Below are positions 13,158 through 24,665 of a stretch of 64,000 bases of DNA, piece by piece; within the stretch, counting starts at the first letter, position 1, and the number at the start of each line of letters is the position of its first letter. The stretch is from Dendrobates tinctorius (lineage: Eukaryota): NCBI RefSeq assembly GCF_039654945.1, contig NW_027361738.1:32984001-33048000 (forward strand), in the 5' to 3' direction. The notes under the pieces are model-generated. The model searched no databases, was not told where the DNA came from, and was given only the letters and a program-made list of their open reading frames with translations. Made by a program: the position numbers and the translations under genes.

Positions 13158-13250
13158 TCAGTTCATCCATTTCCGGCAGTTTACGGCACCACAGTGGCAG
13201 GGGATCTTGTGCTGGTCGTCTTCAAAATCAAACTTATAGTCATAACAAAG
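13158..13250 (-). CDS. KMT2C: KMT2C last coding exon (SET end and post-SET)
   Basis: LCYDYKFDFEDDQHKIPCHCGAVNCRKWMN*; ttccag acceptor; phase 0. Confidence 0.98.
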   Translation of the reverse strand, partial: LCYDYKFDFEDDQHKIPCHCGAVNCRKWMN

Positions 13251-13279
13251 CTGGAAAGACAGACATGTTATGTCACAGG

Positions 13280-14088
13280 TTACTTTTTTGTGGGACAGGT
13301 TATTTTGCTTGGTGCCATTTTGAGGAAAAAGAGAAATATATATTGCACCATTTTTTTGAGACCTGTAGCGCGTCTCCATTTTTTGGGATCTGGAGCTAGG
13401 TCAGGGCTTATCTTTGTGAGCCGAGCTGAAGTTTTTATTAATACCATGTTGGGGTAGATATGACGTTTTGAATGCCCATTATTGCATTTTATTGCAATGT
13501 TGCAGCAAACAAATATAATTATTGCATGTTAATTATTTTTCTCGTTATGCCGCTTACCGATTGGATGAATTTTTTTTATATTTTGAAAGATTGGCCATTT
13601 CTGAACGAAGCGATACCAAATATGTGTATTTTTTATTTGAACTATTTTTTTTCTATCTTTCAAAACACTTTTTTCCCCCTTCACACTTTTTAATGGCTTT
13701 AATAGTCTCCTTAATAGACTTTCAGCTGCAATCTTCTGATCTATGTGTAGCAGAAATGCTTATCTGCAATGAACGCTGGCAACGGGGCTCACAGCAGATT
13801 GGCAATGACAACCACAGTTGTCATGGCAACCCATCAGCACCCCGCGATCATGTGACAAGTGCGTCAATGGACGGGGTTAGTGATGCGCTTCTGGCACGAG
13901 TATGTTAAATGCCGCTGTCAGAGACTGACATTAGCATTTAACATGTTAACATCTGCGGGTGGATCATTATTCCACCAATGGCTGTTAGGGGCACACGAAC
14001 GCTGATCAGATCAGCTATTATGTGCCTGAGCCCGCATTAATGGGGGGAGACACGACATATGATGAACATTTGTCATTAAGGGGGTTAA
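13280..14088. mobile_element. Non-autonomous TTAA-ended (piggyBac-like) repeat fragment
   Basis: Ends AAGGGGGTTAA and shares the TTAAATGCCGCTGTCA hairpin motif with 16242-17329. Confidence 0.5.
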
Positions 14089-14490
14089 GCCTATGAGTTA
14101 AATCATTTCCTTTTTTTAATATCTTGGCTTTTTATGGGTATGGTAAATTTTGAATTGGAAAAACAGGTGTGTTGCACATAAAATGTATGCTTATGCACTC
14201 CCACTCCATCTGCACACAGGACACCGGATCCAGTCTGTGGTTCGGCGGCCGGACACCTACAGATCGTACAATTATTATCCATCCTGTGGATAGCTGGATA
14301 AACATTGTGATTGGAGCAACTGCTTTAAACTTATTTGCGAATTACATTTTCTGGGTTATAAATACACATTCCTTGTACATTATATCTCTCTCAAAAAAAT
14401 TATAATTAAATTGTAATATTACTTATATATATGAACACACAACTCTACACAAATAAAAAGATTACAAATAGAATAGAACCTTGAAATTAC

Positions 14491-14599
14491 CTCTTCACCC
14501 TTTTGTATCCTCCGGTTGGAGCTGATTATTATCTTATGCCCCTTCTCAAATGTCACTACCTCAGCCACACAGTTAGGAGCACATGAATGGTTGATATAC
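14491..14599 (-). CDS. KMT2C: KMT2C exon (SET: RYINHSCAPNC)
   Basis: YINHSCAPNCVAEVVTFEKGHKIIISSNRRIQKGEE; tttcag / gtaatt; phase 2 to 0. Confidence 0.97.
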
Positions 14600-15150
14600 C
14601 TGAAAAAGAAAAAAAAAGCCACAATTGCACTACTACGGTAACAGAGAGAGCACAATATCTTCCCGATGACGTAAGGCCTTAGGGTAGCCCAAGAATGCCA
14701 TTCCCTATGGAGCTGCTGCCATAAAAAGGCGCTGCTATCCTTCCATCATAAGTTTGGCAATTAATTATAGCAGTTATCTAATCAAGATGATGACAGCAGA
14801 GAAACACTACAGGACTCAACCCAATAATAAATATAGGAATGCAGTCCTTTGGTACAAGACTGTGTATTTCAATGTGCAAACCAATCCTGTGCACATAACC
14901 AGCGCTATTATAGTAAGCCAGGGCTATATTTCTTGATTAAGTCCACAATGCACCCATAAAATCTTGCTCTGCATCCTCAGATGTTTTGGTAGTGAACTAG
15001 GCACTTGCAGTACGGTGTTTCAGAAAGAAGAATGCAAGATAATGGAGTATATTATAAAAACTGATAACTTTTCGGTGGTGGTAGTATTCTTGATCAGCCT
15101 TTCCAAAGTTTTTTTTTTTTAAACAAATTTGGAACAAGTTAAATGGCCAA

Positions 15151-15642
15151 GGCCTGTTTCACACATCCGTTTGTCAGCATCAGTCAAGATCCGCCGATTT
15201 GGAAAAAAAACGGATCCGCCATTTTTCTTGGCGGATCCGTTTTGTCCCCCATAGATTTGCATTATCGCCGGATCTTGACGGATGTTCATCCGTTGGATCC
15301 GATATTTTGTGGATCCGCCAAAATGTTGGCGTCCGCTGACAAAACTGGACGGACAATGCAACGTCGGATCCACATTTTTGCTACTCCGGGAGATTTAACC
15401 CTAAATACCGGCCGCAGGAAAAAAAAACCCTCATTTTACCGCGAGATGCCGATCCTCCCCGGATCCCGCTCCCGGATTATTATGTTTTTTTTCAGCACGG
15501 TTCCTTTAAAATTCACATATCGGCGGATCCCCGCGCACCAGCGGTCCGGTAGCGCACGTTGGTGTATTGTCGCCCGCGGATCTGTTCGCCGCCTTTTTGG
15601 CGGCTACCAAATGACAAGGAAAACATAAGTGTGAAACAGGCC
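15151..15642. mobile_element. Harbinger/Tourist-like MITE
   Basis: TIRs GGCCTGTTTCACAC / GTGTGAAACAGGCC, 3-bp flanks CAA/TAA, internal CGGATCCG repeats. Confidence 0.8.
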
Positions 15643-15713
15643 TAAGCAGAGTTGATATAGCGGCCCCTGTTTCCCTTATGAATCTGAGGACTGAAGGCAC
15701 ATTTTGTACCCAC

Positions 15714-15787
15714 CTTGCAGGTCCTCCAGTCAAAGTTGCATCAATCACATGTTCATTATCAATACGAAACATATATACACCACGATT
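15714..15787 (-). CDS. KMT2C: KMT2C exon (SET)
   Basis: NRGVYMFRIDNEHVIDATLTGGPAR; ttccag / gtgggt. Confidence 0.97.
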
Positions 15788-15892
15788 CTGGAATAAAAGT
15801 ATATGAGAAGGACGCACTGTTAGAAGTAGCAAGATGGAAAATACTTTCCATCAGTAACTGAAACAATAGTTAAGTAATCCAGCAGATGGTAC

Positions 15893-16009
15893 CTGTGACT
15901 CGTACAACTTCTCTTTTCTATTGGCTACTTCATTGCGAATTATGGTTCCAATGTATTCAATCACCATAGTGTGCTTTTCAATGTCTCTAGCAGCATATAA
16001 CCCCAGACC
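15893..16009 (-). CDS. KMT2C: KMT2C exon (SET); reading frame not in the ORF track
   Basis: GLGLYAARDIEKHTMVIEYIGTIIRNEVANRKEKLYESQ; ttttag / gtacca; 117 nt. Confidence 0.96.
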
Positions 16010-16241
16010 CTAAAAATGTAAAAAACACTCAGAATAAGATCATAGCACTTATGTACATCTATAACAATTGCGTAATGGGAGACGCCGACAGAAGCACAAA
16101 ACGACGCATCCCTCATACCAGTGTGCTGTACATGCTGCTGTTCGAGATTATAAATATCACAGCAATTGATTGTCAGGAAAGATGGGGGCTTGGCTTGTGA
16201 GCCAGCATCAAAATCAGGGGTGCTTGGAGGTCCACAAGCAT

Positions 16242-17329
16242 TTAAACCCCTTTCCAACTTTGGGCATAATACGCCGATGTTGGACACCCTCCCTTTGATG
16301 TAGGTGTTTTGAACAGCTGGCACGTGCCTCTAATAGCAGCGGGTGGAATTATGATCCACCCGTGGTTAACTCGTTAAATGCCGCTGTCAAACTGACAGCG
16401 GCATTTAACATGCGATTCCGGCAAATGCGCCCAAAATCCGCCCATCGGTGACCCCCATCATGTGATCACGTGTCTCCGATGGGTTGGCATGACAACCAGT
16501 GGTCTCCTGCAGATTGCTATCGCAAGTCTGCTAGATACAGGCAATCTGATCATCGTCTCTATAGCAGAACCGATCGGGTTATAGCAACTTCTAGGCTCTC
16601 ATGAAACATGCCAAAAGTGGAAAAAAAAAAAAAAAAAGTTTTAAAAAAAAATATAAAAGTTCAAATCACCACCCTTTCGCCCCATTCAAAATAAAACAAA
16701 GAAAAAAAAAAATCACACACACATATTTGGTATCACCTGATCTATCAATATAAAAAGAAAAATAACCTGACCGCTAAACGGAGTGACGAGGAAAAAAGTC
16801 AAAACGCCAGAATTACGTTTTTTTTTTTTAAGTCGCCGCAACATTGCATTAAAATGCAATAACAGGTGATCAAAAGACTGTATCTGGACCAAAATGGTAT
16901 CATTAAAAACGTCAGACTGGCACGCAAAGTAACATAGACCAAAGTAAGCCTTCACCCATCCCGAGATCACAAAAAATGGAGACACTACGGGCATCGGAAT
17001 ATGGCACTTTTTTTTTTGCAATTTTTTTTCACCACTTAGATAAAAAAAGAACCTAGACATGTTTCGTGTCTATGAACTCGTAATGACCTGGAGAATCATA
17101 ATGGCAGGTCAGTTTTAGCATTTAGTGAACATAGTAAAAAAGAACAAAAAACAAGTGTGGGATTGCACTTTTTTTTTTTTTACAATTTTACCGCACTTGG
17201 AATTTTTTTCCCGTTTTCTAGTACACGATATGTTAAAACCAATGGTGTCGGTCAAAAGTACAACTCGGCCCGCAAAAAACAAGCCCTCACATGGTCATAT
17301 TGACTGAAAAAATTTAAAATTATGGCTTA
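16242..17329. mobile_element. Non-autonomous piggyBac-like repeat, truncated by a Tc1 insertion
   Basis: Starts TTAAACCCCTTT; motifs shared with 13280-14088 and ~56990-57200. Confidence 0.5.
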
Positions 17330-18176
17330 CAGTTGTGGGAAAAAGTATTTGCCCCCTTCCTGATTTCCTATTCTTTTGCATGTTTGTCACACTTAAATGT
17401 TTCAGATCACCAAACAGATTTTCATATTAGACAAAGATAATATAAGTAAACACAAAATGCAGTTTTTAAATTAAGGTCTTTCTTATTAAGGGAAACAGAA
17501 ATCCAAACCTGTGAAAAAGTGATTGCCCCCAAACCTAACAACTGGTTGGGCCACCCTTCGCAGGAACAACTGCAATCATTAATTTGTGATGACTGGCAAT
17601 AAGTCTTTTACAACGCTCTGGAGGAATATTGGTCCACTCATCTTTGTAGAATTGTAATTCAGCCACAATGGAGGGTTTCCGATCATGAACTACCTTTCTA
17701 AAGGTCATGCCACAGCATCTTAATCTGATTAAGGTCAGGACTTTGACTAGGCCACTCCAAAGTCTTAATTTTGTTTTTTTTTTTTAAGCCATTCAGAGGT
17801 GGACTTGCTGGTGTTTTGGATCATTGTACTGCTGCATAACCCAAGTGTGCTTCCGCCTGAGGTCACAAACAGATGGCCAGAAATTATCCTGTAGGATACT
17901 TTGGTAGAGAGCAGAATTCATGGTTCCATTTAACACAGCAAGTCTTCCAGGCCCTGAAGCAGAAAAATAGTTCCAGACCATCACACAACCCCCACCCATA
18001 TTTTACTGTTGGTATGAATTTTTTTTTATGCAATGGGACAACCACCTTCGAAATCTTTTGTCTTATCAGTTCGTTTGTCTAATGTTAAAATTTGTTTGGT
18101 GATCTGAACACTTAACTGTAACAAACATGCAAAAGAATAGGAAATCAGAAAGGGGGCAAACACTTTCACACAACTG
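17330..18176 (-). mobile_element. Internally deleted Tc1-like transposon
   Basis: TA-CAGTTGTG...CACAACTG-TA with ~100+ bp TIRs; GGGCVMVW..MQQYNDPKH fragment. Confidence 0.85.
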
Positions 18177-18343
18177 TATATCTATGGGCTGTGTCTGGGG
18201 ACTGGTGATAGCTTCAGACCACATTCACCCAACTGTATTTATAAGACACAATCAGGAGAGGAAGAGTCAGAGACAAAGTACAACAGTAACACGAGCAGCA
18301 CTTCTGTACCATGACCCACTTTTGGCTTGTGAAATACACCAAC

Positions 18344-18512
18344 CTGAATTCGAGACCTGGCCAGGTAAACATTGGATTTCCATTCAGTCTTCATCTTCCG
18401 GTACTGAGAGGATTTGGAGTGGACGAACTGCTTGCTGTAGGGTGCGTTCAGTTCCCCAGTAACTGTGCTCTGGAAGGACTTTGAAGTGCTGGTGCTGTTT
18501 AATGTGTGAGGC
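18344..18512 (-). CDS. KMT2C: KMT2C exon (pre-SET and SET start)
   Basis: PHTLNSTSTSKSFQSTVTGELNAPYSKQFVHSKSSQYRKMKTEWKSNVYLARSRIQ; aacag / gttggt. Confidence 0.97.
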
Positions 18513-18755
18513 CTGTTCATGTTCACATCGCAAAAAAAATGAACAGAAAACTGAAGATTACTTGCACCCAAGAAGTTCTCTACAAATATACCCTGAACTA
18601 ATTTAAGCCAAGCTGGCACGGACAACACTGCAGTTGTTAAGGGTACAAACGTATACAGCCAAAGACAATTAGGTTCGTAAGCAACACACAGGAGCACAGA
18701 GCAGCACAGTTGCTGTAAACCCTCGGCTGTACAATGTGAATTGAAAGGAAAATAC

Positions 18756-18898
18756 CTTAACACAAACCTCTTGACATGATTGCTCATTTTGGGCTCAGAG
18801 CGGGCACAGCCTGAGGGATTGATGGCCAGAGGGAGCTGCATCAGAGGATTCCGGCCATAACGGAAAGTGTAACTCTCACAGGCTTCCACTCCAGGTAG
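18756..18898 (-). CDS. KMT2C: KMT2C exon (WIN motif GCARSE)
   Basis: LPGVEACESYTFRYGRNPLMQLPLAINPSGCARSEPKMSNHVKRFVLR; gctcag / gtattt. Confidence 0.97.
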
Positions 18899-19130
18899 CT
18901 GAGCAATGAATGGATAACAATAAGCCCACCACATAACATTAACATATACAACAATTAAAATGCCATTGTGAAAAATGTTAAAATGTTTATTACTCAAATA
19001 AATGCTGACAATGGCTATTTAATAATAAACACAAACAAAAAGCCTTTCTGCAGTTTCAGTCAGTGTTGGTTGTGTCTATATGACCCCATGAGTGCAATAT
19101 AACATAACGCCAAGTACTTTCTGCTCTTAC

Positions 19131-19267
19131 CGATTCTGCTATTCTTGAAACAGCTGAAACTGTTAAACCAAAAAGATCTTCCCCCTTCAGGTACACCGGG
19201 AAGAGCCTGAGAATTTCTGAACCCTTCCGACAGTTTGCAACAGGCTCCAAGATTTTGTCCCAAACAC
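19131..19267 (-). CDS. KMT2C: KMT2C exon (FYRC)
   Basis: GVWDKILEPV..LKGEDLFGLTVSAVSRIAES; cttag / gtaaga. Confidence 0.97.
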
Positions 19268-19401
19268 CTAAGAAAAACAACATATTGTCAACAATTAAGG
19301 CAAGGTTAAAAGATGTCTCCAAAATAATTGAGACAAGAACCCCCCCCCCTCCCCCACGACCCTACTCCATTTAGGAGACACCCGTTCAGCGACTTAACGT
19401 A

Positions 19402-20961
19402 TAGTCATGGCCAAAAGTTGAGAATGACACAAATATTATATTTTCTCATGATCTGCTGCCCTCTGGTTTTTATGTGTGTTTGTCAGATGTTTTCATCACA
19501 TACAGAAATATAATTGCAATCATATTATGAGTAACAAAAGGTTATATTGACAGTTAGAATGAGTTAATGCAGCAAGTCAATATTTGCAGTGTTGACCCTT
19601 CTTCTTCAGGACCTCAGCAATTCTCCCTGGCATGCTCTCAATCAACTTCTGGATCAAATCCTGACTGATAGGAGTCCATTCTTGCAAAATCAATGCTTTT
19701 ATTTTGTCTGAATTTGAAGGTTTTTGTTTGTCCACCCGTCTCTTGATGATTGACCACAAGTTCTCAATGGGATTAAGATCTGGGGAGTTTCCAGGTCATG
19801 GTCCCAAAATCTCTATGTTTTGTTCCCTGAGCCATTTAGTTATCACCTTTGCTTTATGGCAAGGTGCTCCATCATGTTGAAAAAGGCATTGTTGATCGCC
19901 AAACTGCTCTTGGACGGTTGGGAGAAGTTGCTCTTGGAGGACATTCTGGTACCATTCTTTATTCATGGCTGTGTTTTTAGGCAAGACTGAGAGAGAGCCC
20001 ATTCCCTTGGCTGAGAAGCAACCCCACACATGAATGGTTTCAGGATGCTTGACAGTTGGCATGAGACAAGACTGGTGGTAGCGCTCACCTGGTCTTCTCC
20101 GAATAAGCCGTTTTCCAGATGTCCCAAATAATCGAAAAGGGGATTCATCAGAGAAAATGACTTTACCCCAGTCCTCAGCAGTCCACTCCCTGTACCTCTT
20201 GCAGAATATCAGTCTGTCCATGATGTTTTTTCTGGAGAGAAGTGGCTTCTTTGCTACCCTCCTTGAGACCAGGCCTTGCTCCAAGAGTCTCCGCCTCTCA
20301 GTGCGTGCAGATGCACTCACACCTGCCTGCTGCCATTCCTGAGCAAGCTCTGCACTGCTGGTAGCCCGATCCGCAGCTGAAATACTTTTAAGAGACGGTC
20401 CTGGCGCTTGCTGGTCTTTCTTGGTCGCCCTGGAGCCTTTTTGGCAACAAGGGAACCTCTCTCCTTGAAGTTCTTGATGATGCGATAGATTGTTGACTGA
20501 GGTGCAATCTTTCTAGCTGCGATACTCTTCCCTGTTAGGCCATTTTTGTGCAGTGCAATGATGACTGCACGTGTTTCTTTAGAGATAACCATGGTTAACA
20601 GAAGAGAAACAATGATGCCAAGCACCAGCCTCCTTTTAAAGTGTCCAGTGGTGTCATTCTTGCTTAATCATGACAGATTGATCTCCAGCCCTGTCCTCAT
20701 CAACACCCACACCTGTGTTAATGGAGCAATCACTGAAACGATGTTAGCTGGTCCTTTTAAGGCAGGGCTGCAATGATGTTGAAATGTGTTTTGGGGGATA
20801 AAGTTAATTTTCTAGGCAAATATTGACTTTGCAAGTAATTGCTGTTAAGCTGATCACTCTTTATAACATTCTGGAGTATATGCAAATTGCCATTAGAAAA
20901 AATGAAGCAGTAGACTTTGCAAAAATATTTGTGTCATTCTCAAAACTTTTGGCCATGACTG
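19402..20961 (-). mobile_element. Full-length Tc1 transposon; transposase broken by two frameshifts
   Basis: TIRs (C/T)AGTCATGGCCAAAAG with TA flanks. ORFs 20317..20625 (HTH, GRPRK), 19796..20320 (FSDES, FQHDGAPCH) and 19577..19759. Confidence 0.95.
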
Positions 20962-21002
20962 TATTCAGCACCATGAGAGGAAGAAAGAAAATGACAATCC
21001 AA

Positions 21003-21646
21003 AGCTGGAGTCACACATAGCGACTTACCAGCGATTCTGACACCGATATCAAGGTGTAAGGATCGCTGGTAAGTTATGTGATTGCTGGTGAGCTGTCACA
21101 CAGACAGCTTCACCAGCGATTAGCACAGCGATGCCGAGCGCCCGGCATCGCTTGCCATCCCTGTAAAAAATAGAATTAAAATAAAAAAATATTGTTATTC
21201 TTACCTTCCGACGTCCCGCGCAGCCATCCTGCCTCTCTCCACGCTCCGGTCCCAGTAATCCTTTGCGAGAATGACCACGAGACATCACGGTCTCGCGGGA
21301 GCGCCAAGTCTCGCGGTCATTCGTGCAAAGGATCACTGGGACCGGAGCGTGGAGAGAGGAATGTTGCGCGGGACGTCTGAAGGTGAGAATAACAATATTT
21401 TTTATTTTAATTCTATTTTTTACAGCTGATCGCTTGTCTCCCGCAGCGATGCGTGCTGGCCAGCGGGAGACCAGCGACCAAAAAAATGTCCAGAGGTTTC
21501 TTACAGCGATCAGCGATACCGGCAGGGGGGCCACTCGCTGATCACCGTCACACACAGCGATCTCGCTGGGGAGATCGCTGTTACGTCACAAAAGTTGTGA
21601 CTCGGCAGCGATATCGCTAGCGAGATTGCTATGTGTGACTCTCGCT
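21003..21646. mobile_element. Harbinger-like palindromic MITE
   Basis: GAGTCACACATAGC ... GCTATGTGTGACTC termini; CAGCGATC-rich inverted internal arms. Confidence 0.7.
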
Positions 21647-21900
21647 TAAGTTTTCAACCCAAGTTTTTTTTTTTTATGACTAAAGCAATCCTCCACCTGG
21701 GACTGAAAATTGACCATTAATTTTATACATAATGACTCTCCAGGGTGCCAGTGTCACTTTTCAGTGGCTTTAATACCATTGGTGTTTTTATAATACTTTA
21801 GCTATGAGGCCATTAATTAGGTCTAGTGGCTTCTGCTCGACCCTGCAGCTCATCACCAAGTGAGCTGGCCTGCTCCCGGTTACCCCATCAAACCACTTAA

Positions 21901-22410
21901 AGGGAATTTGTCAATAGGATCAACCCTCCTAAGCAGTCTATGTGGGCATGTAGGTAATAGGAAGCTGAATAAAATGATACCTTGATATCTGTGATCCGAC
22001 GTTTTTTTTCAGAGAGATCTACATTTTTCACAATATGTTAATGAACTGTTAAAATCTATGGGCTGGACACGGATCTCACCGAGAATGGCTCCTGAACTTA
22101 TTTTAAATGACAGGTGGCATTACCAGTGTGAGGCAGTAGATCAGAAGAGCAGACTGTCAGTCATTACATACCACAATGGTAATGTCCCCTTTAATTTAAA
22201 ATAAGCTCTGGAGGCAGATTCTCAGGGAGATCTGTGTCCGGCCCATAGATCTTAACAGTTCATTAACATATTAAAAAAAAAAAATGTGGATATCATCACT
22301 GGAATAAGATATCAGATCACATATATAAAGGTATAATTTTATTCAGCTTCCTATGACCTATATGCCCATGCAGACCACTTAGGAGGGTTGATACTAGTGA
22401 CAGATTCCCT
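21901..22410. mobile_element. T2/Kolobok-type MITE
   Basis: TTAA-AGGGAATTTGTCA ... TGACAGATTCCCT-TTAA; long imperfect palindrome. Confidence 0.85.
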
Positions 22411-22571
22411 TTAAGTACTGCAATCCCTACTGACACACAGAGAAAAATAACTAAGGCGGCTAAAAAGGCAATAAATTTATGAAAAGTAACTGACAAAGTG
22501 GCAGAAAAAAAGCAAATTTACACAAGGAAGTTGGAACATTAGATTTGTTAAATTCTCCCTATTGTGCCCAC

Positions 22572-23694
22572 CTTTTGGTGTATTATCTGTCAGGACCTGG
22601 TCTTCGTATCCTTGTTCATGGACTCTGATGACAAATAAGGGCAATCCATCTTGCTCCTCGATGGAGCAGAGGTACCGGCAGCGCCTGTTGGGGTACCGCA
22701 TACTCCAGTATAACCTGCTGGCTTCAAAGCCTACCGGGAAAAGAGCCGTCGCAGAGTGAAAGTCCTGCATTTGCTGTGGTAGCAACTGACCAATTGCATG
22801 GAAGATCAAGCTGCCAACACGGAAAGTGTGGTCGCGTTCCCCACGTTGCACTATGCTGGCTATCTGCCGCACCTCATCACGCTGAACGTAAACTCTACGA
22901 AAGACTGCAAAGTAAGTCAGTTCTTGCTCATGAGCTCCCTTTGGCTTGTGCATGGGGCAAAGCATAGTTTTGTCTTTAAAAAACATGCATTGTGCTTTTA
23001 TTGCACAGGTGAAGTGATAGATATTGGTGCACCGTAACCTGTGGCAGCCACTTGTGGCTCCCGTTTTATGACAAAAGACACACTTCATCTGCAGTCCGCG
23101 TCTCAAAGCAAGTTCAACATTAATTAAGGCACCAGCCTGTGTCTCATAGACTTCGGTAGACCAAAGTGCACAGTTTAAATGGACCCAGAGGTCAAGGTCA
23201 AGGTTGAGCAGCCTTGCAGGCCCATCCGTCATTCCATCACCTTCTTCATGGCAGAAACAACATTTTCTAAAATCTTTGGGCAGAGGATCTGGCTTTAGAG
23301 ACGTTCCCAGTCTTTTCAAAAATTCATCTATGTCATCCTCGCATTGAGGTTTAAAAGGCATCTTGGGAATAACAATTTGAATATTCCATTTCTTCCACTT
23401 CATCCCTTTCCACCGCTTGCCGAAAGGCCGAGAATCATCCAGACCACAATGCAACATTCTCGGCCGAGGTTTTAACTTCACCGTGACTTTCAGCTCATCA
23501 GGCTTTGCCTCAACCTTAGCAGTTTCAAAAGCAGCGGGTGGAAATGAAATCGGAGGAGACGACGGTGGTGAAAACTTGTCCTGCAGCAACGGAAGGCAAT
23601 GAACGTCCAGGGTAGAAGTGTTGTTACTGTACTGATGACATGACTTTGGTTGCGTTTCCTTTACAGATGGAGATGTTAAGGAACAATCCGGGGG
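22572..23694 (-). CDS. KMT2C: KMT2C large exon (extended PHD, FYRN, start of FYRC)
   Basis: RKCCFCHEEGDG..WVHLNCALWSTEVYE..FRVGSLIFH..GFEASRLYWS; ttttag / gtgggc; 1123 nt, phase 0 to 1. Confidence 0.98.
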
Positions 23695-23997
23695 CTAAAA
23701 AATAAATCAAATTAATCCAATAAAGACATTGCTAAATCTTCATTCACAAAGTCAGCAGAAATCTACAACGACCCACAAAACTGTCTGCACCAACAATGCT
23801 CAATATTCGCCTTATTGTATCTGCTCCTGCAAAAATATTATATATATATATATACACAACGACAAAGCAAAGTCCAGCAATAACGTGAGCAATCCAGGAT
23901 GCTGTTAAATTTTTTTTTCTTTTTATTCATAAATCCATTAAAATGCAATGGTCCAAGCAGTTCAAAACAGCAATAACGCAGGAAAGCCATGCAGATA

Positions 23998-24040
23998 GGA
24001 CTACGCGTTTCAGCGGTAGAGCCCGCCTTCTTCACGGTCC
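23998..24040 (-). ncRNA. Minimal type-I hammerhead ribozyme-like motif in the Penelope 3' repeat (variant core)
   Basis: GGAC-C-GTGAAGA-AGGCGG-gctcta-CCGCT-GAAA-CGCG-TA-GTCC. Confidence 0.6.
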
Positions 24041-24271
24041 AGAATCTAATCTGCTTTCCAAACATGGAACCTTATATACATCCCACTCCCATCAGGGTAA
24101 TTATAAACATACGTGAGAGACTTAAAAACATGTGCTTTAAAAGCAGATCAAACATATAAACTATCCACATATTGATCAGTATACAACATGCATAAAGATT
24201 ATAAGGAAAGAATTCAACATATTGGAGAAAAGTACATTGGGAATGTCCAATAACCTGACCATAAGATTTAA

Positions 24272-24665
24272 GGCCCTGTGCACACAGTGCAGACTCCGTG
24301 CAGTTCCGCAGCAGATTTGGCCCTGCAGAACCGCAGCAGAAAAGCAACAGAACAGCACGTGATGCACAGTACCATTTAAGGCTATGTAAAACAAAAAAGG
24401 CTGTGCACATGCTGCAGATTTTTCCGCGCAGATCTGGTGCAGAATAAAAGCAGCAGCATATCGCTTCTCCTGTGCGGCTCTGCTGCAGCTCTCCACCTGC
24501 TCCATTATAGAAATCTGCAGGCGGAAACTGCAAGGGGAATCCGCACAAAAACTGCACCAAATCTGCGACAAATCTGCAGGCAAAACGCAGATCATCTTAC
24601 CTAAAGATTTAGCAAAATCTACGCGGAAAATTCCACAGCAGAATCCGCACCGTGTGCACATAGCC
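24272..24665. mobile_element. Harbinger-like MITE inside the Penelope 3' region
   Basis: GGCCCTGTGCACAC ... GTGTGCACATAGCC. Confidence 0.75.
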
